Positions 58,917-64,000 of a stretch of DNA of 64,000 bases are shown piece by piece. The notes under the pieces are model-generated. The model did no database searches, was not told where the DNA came from, and saw only the letters and a list, made by a program, of their open reading frames with translations. The DNA comes from the human T2T-CHM13v2.0 reference genome, Homo sapiens. A program made the translations under genes and the position numbers. Positions within the stretch are counted from its first letter, which is position 1. Every line of letters starts with the position of its first letter. Where the stretch lies: assembly GCF_009914755.1 (NCBI RefSeq), contig NC_060925.1, one strand, 5' to 3'.

Positions 58917-59224
58917 CCGGGCATGGGGGTGCATGCCTGTAATCCCAGCTATTCTGGAGGCTGAAGCAGGAAGATCGCTTGAGCCCAGGAGTTCTGGGCT
59001 GCGGTGCGCTGTGCTGATCAGGTGTCCACACTAGGTTCAGCATCACTAAGGTGACCTCCTGGGAGCCAGGGACCACCAGCTTGTCTAAGGTGGGTGAACA
59101 GACCCCGCCCGGGTCGGAAACGGAACAGGTCAAAACTCCCATGTCCATCAATAAGGGGATCGTGCCTGTGAATAGCCACTGTACTCCAGGCTGGGCAACA
59201 TAGCGAGGCCCCATGTCTAAAAAA
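58917..59224 (+). pseudogene. Full-length 7SL (SRP) RNA retrocopy (RN7SL-type pseudogene)
   Basis: Alu-domain ends plus the S domain that Alu lacks: gagttctgggctgcggtgcgctgtgctgatcaggtgtccacactaggttcagcatc...ggtgacctcc...gggaccaccag...gtcggaaacggaacaggtcaaaactccc...gcctgtgaatagccact; A tail. Confidence 0.95.
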
Positions 59225-60776
59225 CAGAATAAAATATTTTTCTAGGAATCACAGTATCAGTAAGTAGGAAGCTCCTTGCTGCTGCTGGAAATGGGATTGC
59301 GTATGACATTGGTAGGATTAATAAGGTGGGTGCTCCTGAAATCACTCAAAGCCTTCTAGCATGACCCCAAAGGTGACCGATTTGCAAATGTTGATTAAAT
59401 TGTTCCTCCAAGCAAATCTGGTGAGGATAAAATTAAAAGAATGCCTGAAAAGCATTTTTTAAATTTTGATTAAAAGTCCGTGGCACACAGCGAATCGGAC
59501 ACCCAGAGCAGAACATTTAACAACCTCTGCATGCCACAAAACTATTCACGTAAAGATCACATAATAATCAGTCATGGCCATTACTTTCTTGATGTTTTCT
59601 TTATCTTTAAAATCAACAATTAAAAATTTGGAAAGAAAAATAAATGCCAGCGTTGAAAATACTATTCAGACACAGAAAAATATTTTACGTATGAACTAAA
59701 ATTTGTACTCACCAAACAAAAATATTACACCTTGCAATTCACACTCTGCTTCACTGTGTTAAATTTTTAACATAAACAAAATCTTCAAGCAGTGATGCAG
59801 ACTGACGGAATTGAAGTGGTTTAAGTTTATATTTTTGTCTTCACAATTACAAACTATCATTCCTCCTTCTGAATCCACAGAAATTTTTATCTGTCTTTTG
59901 AAAAATATTCTGTTCATGTACAAAGCATATGTGTGTATGTATGTCTACACGCATATACATGCACACACATCACCTTTTAAAATATTGTTAAATGTTCGGC
60001 AGGTTTCTAACTTCATTTAACACTATATATTGGAGATTGTACCATAGGTACTCTATTATAGTATATATCAGTTTGTATAAATCTACCTTATTTTTGTTGG
60101 CAATTGAATCATATTCTATTAAATTGATATACCATTTTGTAAAGGAATGTGTTGTACCCAGGGATGGAAGACATAAACTACACCCACAGTCAGAATTAAT
60201 GCTTCCAGTTCATTACAAATTCACTCCCAAAATGAAACATAGTTCTGGATACATGTGTTGGGAGAATCAACCCGCATACCTGAATGTTCTCCAAATTACT
60301 TTCCGTTACTTTCCGCAGAGAATACAATTCCTTATTAAAGAAGACATTTAGAAACTGCTAAGACACCTCCCTATTTTATTACAGCTCAACAGTAACTGTA
60401 TCAATTGTTCAGAATTTAGAGCATAACTTTTTGCACAAGATGACTTTTATCACAGGTATTATCTAACACTGCTTGTGTTTGGTGATAATAAAAAGTAGAC
60501 TCAATATTTGGTTGATTTTACGCTTGTTTTAAAATTATCTGCAGAAAATGCATCCTGTTATTGCCTGCTCCAGGGAAGACCACTCCCCCGGCTCTGGCTT
60601 AGTGCATCCCTGCTAAACATTGTATCACTCCTTGTCTAAAATACAAGCTCTAAGGCTGCCTTCAACCAGCTCCCTGTTTTGAAATGAGATAAACAAATGG
60701 TGGAGAGCTTTGTTCTGTAACAAATCCTAATCTTTTTCTCTACTCTAGCACCAGCCAGTTGGCATAAAGGTTATAG

Positions 60777-61105
<329 letters not shown>

Positions 61106-61189
61106 AATAGCTTCCAAACTCTTACCCCAGTGTCCAGCACCAGGACGGTGGCCACGTACATGCCCCCTACCAGGCCAAGAACTTTGTGT

Positions 61190-61370
61190 TAATAATTTCA
61201 TTTAATCCTGTGAACCCTGGGAAGGAGATGGAAAAGTATTAGCATGCCCAATTTTCAGGTGAGAAAATGAAGGCTCAGAGAGATGAAGTGAATTACCCAC
61301 AGCCTCACAGCTAGTGAGGGACGGAATCCTGATTTACACCCAGCCCACTTAGCTCTGAACCTCCAGCCCA
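61190..61370 (-). mobile_element. MIR
   Basis: ttttcaggtgagaaaatgaaggctcagagagatgaagtgaattaccc. Confidence 0.8.
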
Positions 61371-64000
61371 GACCACTCAGGGAAGTAGGTGAAGAGTTAA
61401 ATCCCTAACAGTCTAGAATGAATACGGTGATAAGTTTCTTAGATGTTCTCCCTTACTTGAAAGATAAGAGCAGCAAAATGGTACTAAGACCCTGGCAAGA
61501 AAGGTGGTTTTTGTTTCTCTCTTCATGCCGCCCAGCATGAAGACTGAATGCAGAAAGAGGAAGAGGACCATGACAAGGGCCACTTTACTGCAGTCACTGA
61601 GGCACTCGGGGGGGGGGGCATTTCACGTGCATCCTTGTCACACACATTGTCTAGCACCTGGCGTGCACCAAGTACCACTCCAGGTGCCACAGCAGAAACC
61701 TTCTCCTCCTATTCTATATCCTCCTATTCTGCATGGAGCCAGTCAAGGAAAATGTCACTATAAGGAAATATTGTCACTCTAAGGAAACATGTCACCCAGC
61801 CTGTGTCTTAAAGAACTAGCATTCTGTGTGGAAAAACATCTGGTTGATTCTACAAGCTGGGAAGACAAGAAGGAACATCATCCAACCACATGCTTCCTCC
61901 CTGAGAATTCATTTTCCAGCAAAGGATACACTTGGCCTTGGGGTTCGCCAGCCTGGTGGCCTGGGTGTGGGTCCTGACCTAACCATTATATTTCTTCAGC
62001 TGTTTTCTCCCAGAATCACAGCCATCTCCAGAAAGGCTGGCTGCTTCCTAAGTACAGAACCATACATTTCCAAAGTCCTCTGGTGGGATCAGGCACTCAG
62101 ATTCCCAGACCAGCACTGTGACCACTGTTTCCATTGCTCCCTGGACACCCGTATATTCCAGCGTTTGAAACTTTGAGCTTTGGAACATCAGACCTGTTTC
62201 TCATCTTAAAGAAAAAGTTACATAGGAAAAATGAAACCATTGCCCTGAGAAATGCAGGAAAAAAACAAAAACAAACAAACAAAAAAACACCTTGAGCCTG
62301 AGAAGGTAGGAAGAAACAAAGCTAAGATTCAAACCGAAGTCTTCTAGCTCCACAACTCCTGTTTTTTCTAACTGTTTCTTTTCCTGCATAGCATCTTCTT
62401 GATCAATTTCTCAACTACTGATAAACCCATGTCACAGGCTTCAATGGCACTGTCCCAGCTGATGTGAAAATCTGTTGGTCTGGTATTTCATGGCCTTCTT
62501 TAAAAAAAAAGAGAGGGAGAGCCGGTCTCGACAGAGACCTCGGTAGATGCCAGACTCTGTGCTGGGTGCTTTCTACGCCTTGTCTCCTTTAAGTTTCATG
62601 AGAGCCTCATGAGGTCAGGACTATTATTTGGTTCTATTTGGGGGGGTTGCTAGAATTCGGAAATTGCCTTTGCTTTTTTCTGGGTGCCAAATCACTGAAC
62701 CGCTGAACAGGACTCTGGTAATGCTAGTATCTGGAGCTAATGAGTAACTTTATCACAGAATGCCTGAGCAGCTGGAATAAGTGCTGGGAGGAGACACAGG
62801 TCCCGGCCCAGGAAAAACTCTTGTGGTTGGCAAATAATGCAGGATCTTTATGGTGGAAGATTTAATTTCCCTGTATGTGTTTTTTCTTACTTAAAAAAAA
62901 AAAAAAAAAAAAAAACTTTCAGCACTTAATGCCCCATCACAGCAGCACAGTATGCGTGTCGTGCTAACATCTGGAAATACTTAGTGGTATTACAAACAGT
63001 TAAGGAGTTCACCCAGATAATCACATACAAATTGGACTCTAACCCAGATTCATAGTAGTGCGTATCAAGAGTGAAAGAGCATTAAGTTCCTGACTGCAAT
63101 CTTCTCCTCTAGAGCTGAAACAGACATCGTTAGTTCAGGTTCCTGAGCCTGAAACAGGCTTGGAGGTCCTGGGTCTGTTTCCTGCTGGTAGACTCAATGG
63201 AATCCAGCAGAAATGAGGCCACAGGAGCCCAGGCTAGGCAGGGCCCTGGATGAGACAAGGTGTGACCCAGACAGACTGGAGGAAACTCAGTCTAGGGTAT
63301 GAGAGCAAATGTGGGTCTATAGGCAGGGGATAGAGGGGAAGCAAGGGGTCAGGACCAATGGACAGCACCAAGCACTAGGGCTCAGGGCCAGACCATCAGC
63401 AAGAGCTCGGTGGCTGGGTCATCAGAAGCACAGCAAGCCACAGTCAGGACACAGGCCGGGAACACGATGCTAAGGTTAAGGCCCTTCCTGGCAGGTGCTT
63501 ATGGAGGGGGGCTGTTAAACCCACCGAATGCAGACCCAAGTGGGGCTGGATGTGCACACACAGTCCCCTGCCACTCGCCGCTGCCTGCTGGGCCTTCTCC
63601 ACTGTGGCTGTTACGTGTCTCCTCCCAGCACCCTCCGAGGCCGCCTTCTCCTATATTTCCAAAGCCAGTCTGTGTGTGCAGGCCCCTTGCCTCCAGAGGC
63701 TCCAGCTTCATCTCAAGAATCATTCGCTCTCTGTTCCAGTTCACCCCAATGCACCTCGCCTCCCATTTCTATTGCGAACAGAGCTCTCAGAGCCTTTCAG
63801 GGACTCCTGTGGCCATCACCAAACTGTTGGCCAAAGAACACAAAGGCAAACGAAGTACAAAGCCCCCTCCTCTTCCAGCCCTCTCGGCCCCCCACCCCAC
63901 CCTAACTTGACAGTTGCTCTCTAGTGTCACAGAGTCTTCTATTTGCAGAAAGAATGCTAGGAGGATACACTGGGCTACTGGATATATACCCATGCAATCC

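Noticed and set aside
58882-59214. 110-aa minus-strand ORF
   Set aside because: It is the antisense translation of the 7SL retrocopy.
63410-63924. Three overlapping plus-strand ORFs (124-166 aa)
   Set aside because: C-rich, stop-poor sequence open in all frames, with no homology I recognise and no clear splice frame.

Overview
Primate (almost certainly human or hominoid) non-coding genomic DNA, judged by AluY, AluS and AluJ elements and THE1 and MER4 LTRs. It is not microbial: no CRISPR array, operon, rRNA or tRNA was seen. I recognise no protein-coding exon and cannot name the locus. The ORFs in the track are Alu-derived, L1/L2-derived, low-complexity or chance frames. Much of the window is interspersed repeat: about 27 Alus, several L1 fragments, L2/MIR relics, solo LTRs (MER4A, MLT1, MLT2, THE1B, LTR16), hAT DNA transposons (MER45A x2, MER94, Charlie, MER5A x2, a Zaphod-like remnant) and one full-length 7SL RNA retrocopy. 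The most informative non-obvious structures are: (1) an L1-mediated processed retrocopy of an ERV LTR transcript end (14682-15061); (2) a probable ancient local inverted duplication inside an L1 (16288-16914); (3) a tandem pair of ARE/MARE-type motifs 20 bp apart (48688-48718); (4) two CpG-retaining unique segments with splice or regulatory signals (30.5-31.3 kb and 54.4-55.2 kb); (5) scattered minus-strand splice signals that might belong to a spliced lncRNA. I found no convincing evidence of a novel biological system. Repeat subfamily names come from recalled consensus sequences, not from a RepeatMasker run, and boundaries of old elements are approximate.
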